A DNA stretch of 64,000 bases from Nemertoderma westbladi (GCA_032718475.1 JAUCBJ010009103.1:260733-324732); one strand, 5' to 3'. Counted from the stretch's first letter, positions 46,645-60,454 are shown. Notes: generated from the sequence alone by a model not told the origin. Numbers and translations are program-made.

Positions 46645-49600
46645 TACGGGTTGAAATACTACCCAGATCCAAATCTGTACTACTGAGAAAGGAGGCAGGT
46701 TAGTTGGGCAAAAGTAGGGGTTGAAATACTACCCAGATCCAGATCTGGGAAAGTTGGCAGGTTAGTTGGGCAAAAGTACGGGTTGAAATACTACCCAGAT
46801 CCAAATCTGTACTACTGGGAAAGGAGGCAGGTTAGTTGGGCAAAAGTAGGGGTTGAAATACAACCCAGATCCAAATCTGTGCTACTGGGAAAGGAGGCAG
46901 GTTAGTTGGGCAAAAGTAGGGGTTGAAATACTACCCAGATCCAAATCTGTACTACTGGGAAAGGAGGCAGGTTAGTTGGGCAAAAGTAGGGGTTGAAATA
47001 CTACCCAGATCCAAATCTGTACTACTGGGAAAGGAGGCAGGTTAGTTGGGCAAAAGTAGGGGTTGAAATACTACCCAGATTCAAATCTGTACTACTGGGA
47101 AAGGAGGCAGGTTAGTTGGGCAAAAGTAGGGGTTGAAATACTACCCAGATCCAGATCTGGGAAAGTTGGCAGGTTAGTTGGGCAAAAGTACGGGTTGAAA
47201 TACTACCCAGATCCAAATCTGTACTACTGGGAAAGGAGGCAGCTTAGTTGGGCAAAAGTAGGGATTGAAATACTACTCAGATCCAAATCTGTACTACTGG
47301 GAAAGGAGTCACGTTAGTTGGGCAAAAGTAGGGGTTGAAATGCTACCCAGATCCATATCTGTACTACTGGGGAAGGAGGCAGGTTAGATGGGCAAAAGTA
47401 GGGGTTGAAATACTACCCAGATCCAAATCTGTACTACTGAGAAAGGAGGCACGTTAGTTGGGCAAAAGTAGGGGTTGAAATACTACCCAGATCCAAATCT
47501 GTACTACTGGGAAAGGAGGTAGGTTGTTGGGCAAAAGTAGGGGTTGAAATACTACCCAGATCCAAATCTGTACTACTGAGAAAGGAGGCAGGTTAGTTGG
47601 GCAAAAGTAGGGGTTGAAATACTACCCAGATCCAGATCTCTACTACTGGGAAAGGAGGCAGGTTAGTTGGGCAAAAGTAGGGGTTGAAATACTACCCAGA
47701 TCCAAATCTGTACTACTGGGAAAGGAGGCAGGTTAGTTGGGCAAAAGTAGGGGTTGAAATACTACCCAGATCCAGATCTGGGAAAGTTGGCAGGTTAGTT
47801 GGGCAAAAGTACGGGTTGAAATACTACCCAGATCCAAATCTGTACTACTGGGAAAGGAGGCAGGTTGGTTGGGCAAAAGTAGGGGTTGAAATACAACCCA
47901 GATCCAAATCTGTGCTACTGGGAAAGGAGGCAGGTTAGTTGGGCAAAAGTAGGGGTTGAAATACTACCCAGATCCAAATCTGTACTACTGGGAAAGGAGG
48001 CAGGTTAGTTGGGCAAAAGTAGGGGTTGAAATACTACCCAGATCCAAATCTGTGCTACTGGGAAAGGAGGCAGGTTAGTTGGGCAAAAGTAGGGGTTGAA
48101 ATACTATCCAGATCTGGGAAAGTTGGCAGGTTAGTTGGGCAAAAGTACGGGTTGAAATACTACCCAGATCCAAATCTGTACTACTGGGAAAGGAGGCAGG
48201 TTAGTTGGGCAAAAGTTGGGGTTGAAATACTACCCAGATCCACATCTGTGCTACTGGGAAAGGAGGCAGGTTAGTTGGGCAAAAGTAGGGGTTGAAATAC
48301 TACCCAGATCCAGATCTGGGAAAGTTGGCAGGTTAGTTGGGCAAAAGTACGGGTTGAAATACTACCCAGATCCAAATCTGTACTACTGGGAAAGGAGGCA
48401 GGTTAGTTGGGCAAAAGTAGGGGTTGAACTACTACCCAGATCCAGATCTGTACTAACTACTGGGAATGGAGGCAGGTTAGTTGGGCAAAAGTAGGGGTTG
48501 AAATACTACCCAGATCCTAATCTGTACTACTGGGAAAAGAGGCAGGTTAGTTGGGTAAAAGTAGGGGTTGAAATACTACCCAGACCCAAATCTGTACTAC
48601 TGGGAAAGGAGGCAGGTTTGTTGGGCAAAAGTAGGGGTTGAAATACTACCCAGATCCAAATCTGTACTACTGGGAAAGGAGGCAGGTTAGTTGGGTAAAA
48701 GTAGGGGTTGAAATACTACCCAGATCCAAATCTGTACTACTGGGAAAGGAGGCAGGTTAGTTGGGCAAAAGTAGGGGTTGAAATGCTACCCAGACCAAGA
48801 TCTGTACTACTGGGAAAGGAGGCAGCTTTGGCAAAAGTAGGGGTTGAAATGCTACCCAGATCCAGATCTGTACTACTGGGAAATACAAATAAGGCAGGTT
48901 AGTTGGGCAAAAGTAGGGGTTGAAATACTACCCAGATCCAGATCTCTACTACTGGGAAAGGAGGCAGGTTAGTTGGGCAAAAGTAGGGGTTGAAATACTA
49001 CCCAGATCCAAATCTGTACTACTGGGAAAGGAGGCAGGTTAGTTGGGCAAAAGTAGGGGTTGAAATACTACCCAGATCCAGATCTGGGAAAGTTGGCAGG
49101 TTAGTTGGGCAAAAGTACGGGTTGAAATACTACCCAGATCCAAATCTGTACTACTGGGAAAGGAGGCAGGTTGGTTGGGCAAAAGTAGGGGTTGAAATAC
49201 AACCCAGATCCAAATCTGTGCTACTGGGAAAGGAGGCAGGTTAGTTGGGCAAAAGTAGGGGTTGAAATACTACCCAGATCCAAATCTGTACTACTGGGAA
49301 AGGAGGCAGGTTAGTTGGGCAAAAGTAGGGGTTGAAATACTACCCAGATCCAAATCTGTGCTACTGGGAAAGGAGGCAGGTTAGTTGGGCAAAAGTAGGG
49401 GTTGAAATACTACCCAGATCCAGATCTGGGAAAGTTGGCAGGTTAGTTGGGCAAAAGTACGGGTTGAAATACTACCCAGATCCAAATCTGTACTACTGGG
49501 AAAGGAGGCAGGTTAGTTGGGCAAAAGTTGGGGTTGAAATACTACCCAGATCCACATCTGTGCTACTGGGAAAGGAGGCAGGTTAGTTGGGCAAAAGTAG

Positions 49601-52600
49601 GGGTTGAAATACTACCCAGATCCAGATCTGGGAAAGTTGGCAGGTTAGTTGGGCAAAAGTACGGGTTGAAATACTACCCAGATCCAAATCTGTACTACTG
49701 GGAAAGGAGGCAGGTTAGTTGGGCAAAAGTAGGGGTTGAAATACTACCCAGATCCAGATCTGTACTAACTACTGGGAATGGAGGCAGGTTAGTTGGGCAA
49801 AAGTAGGGGTTGAAATACTACCCAGATCCTAATCTGTACTACTGGGAAAAGAGGCAGGTTAGTTGGGTAAAAGTAGGGGTTGAAATACTACCCAGACCCA
49901 AATCTGTACTACTGGGAAAGGAGGCAGGTTTGTTGGGCAAAAGTAGGGGTTGAAATACTACCCAGATCCAAATCTGTACTACTGGGAAAGGAGGCAGGTT
50001 AGTTGGGTAAAAGTAGGGGTTGAAATACTACCCAGATCCAAATCTGTACTACTGGGAAAGGAGGCAGGTTAGTTGGGCAAAAGTAGGGGTTGAAATGCTA
50101 CCCAGACCAAGATCTGTACTACTGGGAAAGGAGGCAGCTTTGGCAAAAGTAGGGGTTGAAATGCTACCCAGATCCAGATCTGTACTACTGGGAAAGGAGG
50201 CAGGTTAGTTGGGCAAAAGTAGGGGTTGAAATACTACCCAGATCCAGATCTGGGAAAGTTGGCAGGTTAGTTGGGCAAAAGTACGGGTTGAAATACTACC
50301 CAGATCCAAATCTGTACTACTGGGAAAGGAGGCAGGTTGGTTGGGCAAAAGTAGGGGTTGAAATACAACCCAGATCCAAATCTGTGCTACTGGGAAAGGA
50401 GGCAGGTTAGTTGGGCAAAAGTAGGGGTTGAAATACTACCCAGATCCAAATCTGTACTACTGGGAAAGGAGGCAGGTTAGTTGGGCAAAAGTAGGGGTTG
50501 AAATACTACCCAGATCCAAATCTGTGCTACTGGGAAAGGAGGCAGGTTAGTTGGGCAAAAGTAGGGGTTGAAATACTACCCAGATCCAGATCTGGGAAAG
50601 TTGGCAGGTTAGTTGGGCAAAAGTACGGGTTGAAATACTACCCAGATCCAAATCTGTACTACTGGGAAAGGAGGCAGGTTAGTTGGGCAAAAGTTGGGGT
50701 TGAAATACTACCCAGATCCACATCTGTGCTACTGGGAAAGGAGGCAGGTTAGTTGGGCAAAAGTAGGGGTTGAAATACTACCCAGATCCAGATCTGGGAA
50801 AGTTGGCAGGTTAGTTGGGCAAAAGTACGGGTTGAAATACTACCCAGATCCAAATCTGTACTACTGGGAAAGGAGGCAGGTTAGTTGGGCAAAAGTAGGG
50901 GTTGAAATACTACCCAGATCCAGATCTGTACTAACTACTGGGAATGGAGGCAGGTTAGTTGGGCAAAAGTAGGGGTTGAAATACTACCCAGATCCTAATC
51001 TGTACTACTGGGAAAAGAGGCAGGTTAGTTGGGTAAAAGTAGGGGTTGAAATACTACCCAGACCCAAATCTGTACTACTGGGAAAGGAGGCAGGTTTGTT
51101 GGGCAAAAGTAGGGGTTGAAATACTACCCAGATCCAAATCTGTACTACTGGGAAAGGAGGCAGGTTAGTTGGGTAAAAGTAGGGGTTGAAATACTACCCA
51201 GATCCAAATCTGTACTACTGGGAAAGGAGGCAGGTTAGTTGGGCAAAAGTAGGGGTTGAAATGCTACCCAGACCAAGATCTGTACTACTGGGAAAGGAGG
51301 CAGCTTTGGCAAAAGTAGGGGTTGAAATGCTACCCAGATCCAGATCTGTACTACTGGGAAATACAAATAAGGCAGGTTAGTTGGGCAAAAGTAGGGGTTG
51401 AAATGCTACCCAGATCCAGATCTGTACTACTGAGAAAGGAGGCAGGTTAGTTGGGCAAAAGTAGGGGTTGAAATGCTACCCAGATCCAGATCTGGGAAAG
51501 TTGGCAGGTTAGTTGGGCAAAAGTACGGGTTGAAATACTACCCAGATCCAAATCTGTACTACTGGGAAAGGAGGTAGGTTAGTTGGGCAAAAGTAGGGTT
51601 TGAAATACTACCCAGATCCAAATCTGTACTACTGAGAAAGGAGGCACGTTAGTTGGGCAAAAGTAGGGGTTGAAATACTACCCAGATCCAAATCTGTACT
51701 ACTGGGAAAGGAGGTAGGTTAGTTGGGCAAAAGTAGGGGTTGAAATACTACCCAGATCCAAATCTGTACTACTGAGAAAGGAGGCAGGTTAGTTGGGCAA
51801 AAGTACGGGTTGAAATACTACCCAGATCCAAATCTATACTACTGGGAAAGGAAACAGGTTAGTTGGGCAAAAGTAGGGGTTGAAATACTACTCAGATCCA
51901 AATCTGTACTACTGGGAAAGGAGGCACGTTAGTTGGGCAAAAGTAGGGGTTGAAATACTACCCAGATCCAAATCTGTACTACTGGGAAAGGAGGTAGGTT
52001 AGTTGGGCAAAAGTAGGGGTTGAAATACTACCCAGATCCAAATCTGTACTACTGAGAAAGGAGGCAGGTTAGTTGGGCAAAAGTAGGGGTTGAAATACTA
52101 CCCAGATCCAGATCTCTACTACTGGGAAAGGAGGCAGGTTAGTTGGGCAAAAGTAGGAGTTGAAATACTACCCAGATCCAAATCTGTGCTACTGGGAAAG
52201 GAGGCAGGTTAGTTGGGCAAAAGTAGGGGTTGAAATACTACCCAGATCCAGATCTGTACTAACTACTGGGAATGGAGGCAGGTTAGTTGGGCAAAAGTAG
52301 GGGTTGAAATACTACCCAGATCCTAATCTGTACTACTGGGAAAGGAGGCAGGTTAGTTGGGCAAAAGTTGGGGTTGAAATACTACCCAGATCCAAATCTG
52401 TGCTACTGGGAAAGGAGGCAGGTTAGTTGGGCAAAAGTAGGGGTTGAAATACTACCCAGATCCAGATCTGGGAAAGTTGGCAGGTTAGTTGGGCAAAAGT
52501 ACGGGTTGAAATACTACCCAGATCCAAATCTGTACTACTGGGAAAGGAGGCAGGTTAGTTGGGCAAAAGTAGGGGTTGAAATACTACCCAGATCCAAATC

Positions 52601-55600
52601 TGTGCTACTGGGAAAGGAGGCAGGTTAGTTGGACAAAAGTAGGGGTTGAAATACTACCCAGATCCAGATCTGGGAAAGTTGGCAGGTTAGTTGGGCAAAA
52701 GTAGGGGTTGAAATACTACCCAGATCCAAATCTGTACTACTGGGAAAGGAGGCAGGTTAGTTGGGCAAAAGTAGGGGTTGAAATACTACCCAGATCCAGA
52801 TCTGTACTAACTACTGGGAATGGAGGCAGGTTAGTTGGGCAAAAGTAGGGGTTGAAATACTACCCAGATCCAGATCTGGGAAAGTTGGCAGGTTAGTTGG
52901 GCAAAAGTACGGGTTGAAATACTACCCAGATCCTAATCTGTACTACTGGGAAAGGAGGCAGGTTAGTTGGGTAAAAGTAGGGGTTGAAATACTACCCAGA
53001 TTCAAATCTGTACTACTGGGAATGGAGGCAGGTTAGTTGGGCAAAAGTAGGGGTTGAAATACTACCCAGATCCTAATCTGTACTACTGGGAAAGGAGGCA
53101 GGTTAGTTGGGTAAAAGTAGGGGTTGAAATACTACCCAGACCCAAATCTTTACTACTGGGAAAGGAGGCAGGTTTGTTGGGTAAAAGTAGGGGTTGAAAT
53201 ACTACTCAGATCCAAATCTATACTACTGGGAAAGGAAACAGGTTAGTTGGGCAAAAGTAGGGGTTGAAATACTACCCAGATCCAAATCTGTACTACTGGG
53301 AAAGGAGGCAGGTTAGTTGGGCAAAAGTAGGGGTTGAAATGCTACCCAGACCCAGATCTGTACTACTGGGAAAGGAGGCAGGTTTGGCAAAAGTAGGGGT
53401 TGAAATGCTACCCAGATCCAGATCTGTACTACTGGGAAATACAAATAAGGCAGGTTAGTTGGGCAAAAGTAGGGGTTGAAATGCTACCCAGATCCAGATC
53501 TGTACTACTGAGAAAGGAGGCAGGTTAGTTGGGCAAAAGTAGGGGTTGAAATGCTATCCAGATCTGTACTACTGAGAAAGGAGGCAGGTTAGTTGGGCAA
53601 AAGTAGGGGTTGAAATGCTACCCAGATCCAGATCTGTACTACTGAGAAAGGAGGCAGGTTAGTTGGGCAAAAGTAGGGGTTGAAATGCTACCCAGATCCA
53701 AATCTGTACTACTGGGAAAGGAGGCAGGTTAGTTGGGCAAAAGTACGGGTTGAAATACTACCCAGATCCAAATCTGTACTACTGGGAAAGGAGGCAGGTT
53801 AGTTGGGCAAAAGTAGGGGTTGAAATACTACCCAGATCCAGATCTGTACTAACTACTGGGAATGGAGGCAGGTTAGTTGGGCAAAAGTAGGGGTTGAAAT
53901 ACTACCCAGATCCTAATCTGTACTACTGGGAAAAGAGGCAGGTTAGTTGGGTAAAAGTAGGGGTTGAAATACTACCCAGACCCAAATCTGTACTACTGGG
54001 AAAGGAGGCAGGTTTGTTGGGCAAAAGTAGGGGTTGAAATACTACCCAGATCCAAATCTGTACTACTGGGAAAGGAGGCAGGTTAGTTGGGTAAAAGTAG
54101 GGGTTGAAATACTACCCAGATCCAAATCTGTACTACTGGGAAAGGAGGCAGGTTAGTTGGGCAAAAGTAGGGGTTGAAATGCTACCCAGACCAAGATCTG
54201 TACTACTGGGAAAGGAGGCAGCTTTGGCAAAAGTAGGGGTTGAAATGCTACCCAGATCCAGATCTGTACTACTGGGAAATACAAATAAGGCAGGTTAGTT
54301 GGGCAAAAGTAGGGGTTGAAATGCTACCCAGATCCAGATCTGTACTACTGAGAAAGGAGGCAGGTTAGTTGGGCAAAAGTAGGGGTTGAAATGCTACCCA
54401 GATCCAGATCTGGGAAAGTTGGCAGGTTAGTTGGGCAAAAGTACGGGTTGAAATACTACCCAGATCCAAATCTGTACTACTGGGAAAGGAGGTAGGTTAG
54501 TTGGGCAAAAGTAGGGTTTGAAATACTACCCAGATCCAAATCTGTACTACTGAGAAAGGAGGCACGTTAGTTGGGCAAAAGTAGGGGTTGAAATACTACC
54601 CAGATCCAAATCTGTACTACTGGGAAAGGAGGTAGGTTAGTTGGGCAAAAGTAGGGGTTGAAATACTACCCAGATCCAAATCTGTACTACTGAGAAAGGA
54701 GGCAGGTTAGTTGGGCAAAAGTACGGGTTGAAATACTACCCAGATCCAAATCTATACTACTGGGAAAGGAAACAGGTTAGTTGGGCAAAAGTAGGGGTTG
54801 AAATACTACTCAGATCCAAATCTGTACTACTGGGAAAGGAGGCACGTTAGTTGGGCAAAAGTAGGGGTTGAAATACTACCCAGATCCAAATCTGTACTAC
54901 TGGGAAAGGAGGTAGGTTAGTTGGGCAAAAGTAGGGGTTGAAATACTACCCAGATCCAAATCTGTACTACTGAGAAAGGAGGCAGGTTAGTTGGGCAAAA
55001 GTAGGGGTTGAAATACTACCCAGATCCAGATCTCTACTACTGGGAAAGGAGGCAGGTTAGTTGGGCAAAAGTAGGAGTTGAAATACTACCCAGATCCAAA
55101 TCTGTGCTACTGGGAAAGGAGGCAGGTTAGTTGGGCAAAAGTAGGGGTTGAAATACTACCCAGATCCAGATCTGTACTAACTACTGGGAATGGAGGCAGG
55201 TTAGTTGGGCAAAAGTAGGGGTTGAAATACTACCCAGATCCTAATCTGTACTACTGGGAAAGGAGGCAGGTTAGTTGGGCAAAAGTTGGGGTTGAAATAC
55301 TACCCAGATCCAAATCTGTGCTACTGGGAAAGGAGGCAGGTTAGTTGGGCAAAAGTAGGGGTTGAAATACTACCCAGATCCAGATCTGGGAAAGTTGGCA
55401 GGTTAGTTGGGCAAAAGTACGGGTTGAAATACTACCCAGATCCAAATCTGTACTACTGGGAAAGGAGGCAGGTTAGTTGGGCAAAAGTAGGGGTTGAAAT
55501 ACTACCCAGATCCAAATCTGTGCTACTGGGAAAGGAGGCAGGTTAGTTGGACAAAAGTAGGGGTTGAAATACTACCCAGATCCAGATCTGGGAAAGTTGG

Positions 55601-56863
55601 CAGGTTAGTTGGGCAAAAGTAGGGGTTGAAATACTACCCAGATCCAAATCTGTACTACTGGGAAAGGAGGCAGGTTAGTTGGGCAAAAGTAGGGGTTGAA
55701 ATACTACCCAGATCCAGATCTGTACTAACTACTGGGAATGGAGGCAGGTTAGTTGGGCAAAAGTAGGGGTTGAAATACTACCCAGATCCAGATCTGGGAA
55801 AGTTGGCAGGTTAGTTGGGCAAAAGTACGGGTTGAAATACTACCCAGATCCTAATCTGTACTACTGGGAAAGGAGGCAGGTTAGTTGGGTAAAAGTAGGG
55901 GTTGAAATACTACCCAGATTCAAATCTGTACTACTGGGAATGGAGGCAGGTTAGTTGGGCAAAAGTAGGGGTTGAAATACTACCCAGATCCTAATCTGTA
56001 CTACTGGGAAAGGAGGCAGGTTAGTTGGGTAAAAGTAGGGGTTGAAATACTACCCAGACCCAAATCTTTACTACTGGGAAAGGAGGCAGGTTTGTTGGGT
56101 AAAAGTAGGGGTTGAAATACTACTCAGATCCAAATCTATACTACTGGGAAAGGAAACAGGTTAGTTGGGCAAAAGTAGGGGTTGAAATACTACCCAGATC
56201 CAAATCTGTACTACTGGGAAAGGAGGCAGGTTAGTTGGGCAAAAGTAGGGGTTGAAATGCTACCCAGACCCAGATCTGTACTACTGGGAAAGGAGGCAGG
56301 TTTGGCAAAAGTAGGGGTTGAAATGCTACCCAGATCCAGATCTGTACTACTGGGAAATACAAATAAGGCAGGTTAGTTGGGCAAAAGTAGGGGTTGAAAT
56401 GCTACCCAGATCCAGATCTGTACTACTGAGAAAGGAGGCAGGTTAGTTGGGCAAAAGTAGGGGTTGAAATGCTATCCAGATCTGTACTACTGAGAAAGGA
56501 GGCAGGTTAGTTGGGCAAAAGTAGGGGTTGAAATGCTACCCAGATCCAGATCTGTACTACTGAGAAAGGAGGCAGGTTAGTTGGGCAAAAGTAGGGGTTG
56601 AAATGCTACCCAGATCCAAATCTGTACTACTGGGAAAGGAGGCAGGTTAGTTGGGCAAAAGTAGGGGTTGAAATGCTACCCAGATCCAAATCTGTACTAC
56701 TGGGAAAGGAGGTAGGTTAGTTGGGCAAAAGTAGGGGTTGAAATACTACCCAGATCCAAATCTGTACTACTGGGAAAGGAGGCAGGTTAGTTGGGCAAAA
56801 GTAGGGGTTGAAATACTACCCAGATCCAGATCTGTACTACTGGGAAAGGAGGCAGGTTAGTTG
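46645..56863 (+). repeat. 70-bp exon/donor-derived satellite, right arm (~146 units)
   Basis: Same unit as the left arm; last copy runs into unique intron sequence CAG|GTTAGTTGATTGAC. Confidence 0.98.
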
Positions 56864-57551
56864 ATTGACTGTTGATTAACTAATACTTATCAGCTGACCG
56901 GTAGCCGGCCTATGCAGTATAGTAACTTTAACATGTAATTATTGTTTATGTTGTCTAAATATTCCAAGATATTTGGAGGCATTAATATTTGATAACAACG
57001 AATTGTTTGTTCTTCACATCAGTATTGGTGAAGTGTGGATGAGCTATATTATTTTGTAGGTGTAGCCTTAACTTGGTAGAATATTCATACGTTATTCATG
57101 ATCAAAATTACCCCAAAGTCAGCAGTTTATGGTGTATAGTGTAATGCAGTCAGTCAGTCATGAAATGAAAAATGGTGTTGCCTACATCTAGGTAGGTGCG
57201 CGTGTAGTGTGAATGTAGGTAGTACCATAGATATTAATGTAATTTATGTGCCAACTTGCAGTAACACGGTTGTCAATCAGGACGTAACGGTACTCTCCAT
57301 GGTACAATGCGGTACACCAGCATGCAGGGCAGGCCCACACATGTTATGAAATATGAAAATTTGATATTGTCTCATATACGGTGACTGTCCCGCACTATAA
57401 CTCACCAATTCTATAGGTAACGACACAGTTGCGCTGATGGCATACTCTCGGGCTTGAAAACCACTCGCAATATTACGTAGTATGTGATATTGTTACTGTT
57501 TGTTACAATCATATCGGTTTATTCCCCAAATATGTTTATCTCTCCCTCCAG

Positions 57552-58391
57552 GGTTGGAAACCAGCAGAAACCGGTAGTGTCACCTCCACCATACTGCAGC
57601 ACACCTGCGGCGGCGCTTCCCTCGACAAATTCTACCAAGACCCAAGAAACAAAGGGGGACACAGTTTTCGGTACCAGTGGCTCATCCTTCGCCAACGATT
57701 ACTCCAGTATCTAGACGCCCTTGAGTGGATGCTGGCAACCGGACAGGGTGTCGTTCTAGAACGATCCATATTCTCCGACTGGGTGTTCTTCGAGGCCGCC
57801 AAACGGTGCGGTTACTACGGCGACAGGGCTCGCGAGCTCACAGACTTTTACTACTTGACTCGTCGCGCTTTCAACCACGAAGTCATATTCCCCCACACTA
57901 TGGTCTACCTCGATCTGCCCCCTGAGCAGTGCTACGAACGGGTGATGTCGAGGGGGAAGAAATACGAGAAACTTATAGAGCTGCAGTACCTCAAAGAGTT
58001 AGATGATGTTTATAAGAATACTTTTATTGAACGATTGAAGCCCCATGTTAACATGTTGGAGTTCGATGTATCAGAAGGTGGAGATAAGATTCGAGATATC
58101 GGGTTTGCGCTTGAAGACATCGATTGGGAGTCCAAACATTACCTTCACAAAGGTTTCGAGTTTCCCTTCCAGAGTCAGTTGAAGATGATGAGGCATTACG
58201 TGTCGCACAAGACGTTGCAGCTCCAGAAGTTGGATCTCCCGGGATACAATGTGCCGGAGATAGCGTGTCGCGCTGACATTAACCTGGAAGATGCCGAACA
58301 CGATGTTGCTAAGAAACATCCCGAGTACTGGTTCGATAAAGAACTCGTAGACTTGCGGGATCCGAACTGTTGGAAGAAAATGTTTTGGTAG
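57552..58391 (+). CDS. NDUFA10: NDUFA10 exon 3 (terminal); spliced product 446 aa
   Basis: Pyrimidine tract TCTCCCTCCAG|; SLDKFYQDPR...QRLLQYLDALEWMLATGQGVVLERSIFSDWVF...PHTMVYLDLP. Confidence 0.95.
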   Translation, partial: GWKPAETGSVTSTILQHTCGGASLDKFYQDPRNKGGHSFRYQWLILRQRLLQYLDALEWMLATGQGVVLERSIFSDWVFFEAAKRCGYYGDRARELTDFYYLTRRAFNHEVIFPHTMVYLDLPPEQCYERVMSRGKKYEKLIELQYLKELDDVYKNTFIERLKPHVNMLEFDVSEGGDKIRDIGFALEDIDWESKHYLHKGFEFPFQSQLKMMRHYVSHKTLQLQKLDLPGYNVPEIACRADINLEDAEHDVAKKHPEYWFDKELVDLRDPNCWKKMFW

Positions 58392-58632
58392 TCGTTTTTT
58401 AATTTATACTTTATTAGTTATATAAAAAAAGGATGTCGTTTGTTTTTTAGGTATATATGCCCTAACTATATTGTTATTACATATTGTAGTTCGATTATAG
58501 TAAATCATTATTTTATAAAAATATTATTTGCAAGAAGTTAAATTTAAGTGCAGGGGAGGGGGTGGGGGGGGGGGGGTCTCCTATGAACTTCCCTTTCAGT
58601 GCTGAAGCTCCCTTCTCTGTCTGGGAATTTCA

Positions 58633-59572
58633 CGAGGGCTGGGCCCACTGGGTGGTACAGGACCTGTGTGAGTCTCCATCAAAACGAGGGCTGGGCCCAC
58701 TGGGTGGTACAGGACCTGTGTGAGTCCCCAACCGATCGAGGGCTGGGCCCACTGGGTGGTACAGGACCTGTGTGAGTCCCCAACCGATCGAGGGCTAGGC
58801 CCACTGGGTGGTACAGGACCTGTGTGAGTCCCCAACCGATCGAGGGCTGGGCCCACTGGGTGGTACAGGACCTGTGTGAGTCCCAAACCGATCGGGGGCT
58901 GGGCCCACTGGGTGGTACAGAACCTGTGTGAGTCCCCAACCGATCGAGGGCTGGGCCCACTGGGTGGTACAGGACCTGTGTGAGTCTCTAACCGATCGAG
59001 GGATGGGTCCACTGGGTGGTACAGGACCTGTGTGAGTCCCCAACCGATCGAATGCTAGGCCCACTGGGTGGTACAGGACCTGTGTGAGTCCCCAACCGAT
59101 CGAGGGCTGGGCCCACTGGGTGGTACAGGACCTGTGTGAGTCCCCAACCGATCGAGGGCTAGGCCCACTGGGTGGTACAGGACCTGTGTGAGTCCCCAAC
59201 CGATCGAGGGCTAGGCCCATTGGGTGGTAAAGGACCTGTGTGAGTCTCTAACCGATCGAGGGCTAGGCCCACTGGGTGGTACAGGACCTGTGTGAGTCCC
59301 CAACCGATCGAGGGCTGGGCCCATTGGGTGGTACAGGACCTGTGTGAGTCCCCAACCGATCGAGGGCTGGGCCCACTGGGTGGTACAGGACCTGTGTGAG
59401 TCCCCAACTGATCGAGGGCTGGGCCCACTGGGTGGTACAGGACCTGTGTGAGTCCCCAACCGATCGAGGGCTAGGCCCACTGGGTTGCACAGGACATGTG
59501 TGAGTCTCTAACCGATCGAGGACTAGGTCCACTGGGTGGTAGACCTGCAGGACCTGTCTGTATATGAGTCCC
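58633..59572. repeat. 52-bp minisatellite (~18 copies)
   Basis: CGAGGGCTGGGCCCACTGGGTGGTACAGGACCTGTGTGAGTCCCCAACCGAT. Confidence 0.95.
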
Positions 59573-59699
59573 CAGATAAATCAGTTAGATTTGAGGGACA
59601 TTATTGTTCAAAAATTTGCGTGAAACTGTTTTACAGTATGATCGATTACAATGCGCAGTTAAATGATGTTTAGAAATCTTAACAGCCTCATTATTCAAT

Positions 59700-60190
59700 T
59701 AATTCAACTCTTTTGGACGGATCCATCATGGATGTCCTTATTTCTCACGCGTGTTTGTTTGCTTGATTTTCCATAGCTCTGCAGGAGTTTCATCTAATCC
59801 ACTCGCTTTATGATTGGACATGCTTTTAATGCTTCTTTGGAGTTCGGCCGGTGTGAAGTCCCCTGTTTCTATAGGTACAGCAGCGTCTTGTCATATATTT
59901 TCCTTGTAGGGCTGACCTATGTTTGACTATGTTTGGTAGCTGCCCAAGCATGTTGCTGAAGTGATCTTTCAATTTCCCAACACGTTCTTCAGGACTATCA
60001 GCATTGAGGCGCCCCTTAGCATAACTTTTCCGACCAGATATCTCATTTACAGTTTGCCAGGTAAGTCTTGATTGTGGCTGTATGTGAGCAGTTGTAATTT
60101 CTTCAATCATGTCGTCTATGGAGCTCTCATGGCTGATGTTGTAGACCAATTTAAGATCTTCCTTAGATTTCTCAACCTTATTGATATTTT
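59700..60190 (-). mobile_element. LINE fragment (EN-RT linker)
   Basis: TWQTVNEISGRK...NADSPEERVGKLKDHFSNMLG. Confidence 0.65.
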
Positions 60191-60199
60191 TTTTTGGTT

Positions 60200-60290
60200 T
60201 CGAAACGAAATTGCGACAACTATGGAGAATCGGGAAGCCTGGAAGGATCTCATTTCCACTGTCCGAGTTCGCTCGACCTAGTAGTAGTAG
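60200..60290 (+). mobile_element. LINE 3' terminus with (TAG)n tail
   Basis: EIATTMENREAWKDLISTVRVRST* followed by TAGTAGTAG. Confidence 0.6.
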
Positions 60291-60454
60291 TTCGGTTGTT
60301 GGTTGTTCGATTTTTACTTTGTAGGCTATCTTAAGATCTTCTATCTTACAAGTAACCCCTGGAGGGAATGTTTTAAGCCTCGTTATAGATGTAGGCTATA
60401 TGTAGTTTTGTTGAAGGGAAGAAGGGGACCGTCAAAATCTTGTTGTGGTGATTT

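Noticed and set aside
22876-56863. CRISPR array, or protein-coding repeat (many MKYYPDPNLYYWERR ORFs)
   Set aside because: No unique spacers or cas genes, and the context is eukaryotic. The ORFs are frame-cycling products of a 70-bp exon-derived unit with frequent stops.
22943-56863. Recursive (ratchet) splicing at each CAG|GT
   Set aside because: Sequence upstream of each CAG is purine-rich (GGGAAAGGAGG) with no polypyrimidine tract, so these are poor acceptors.
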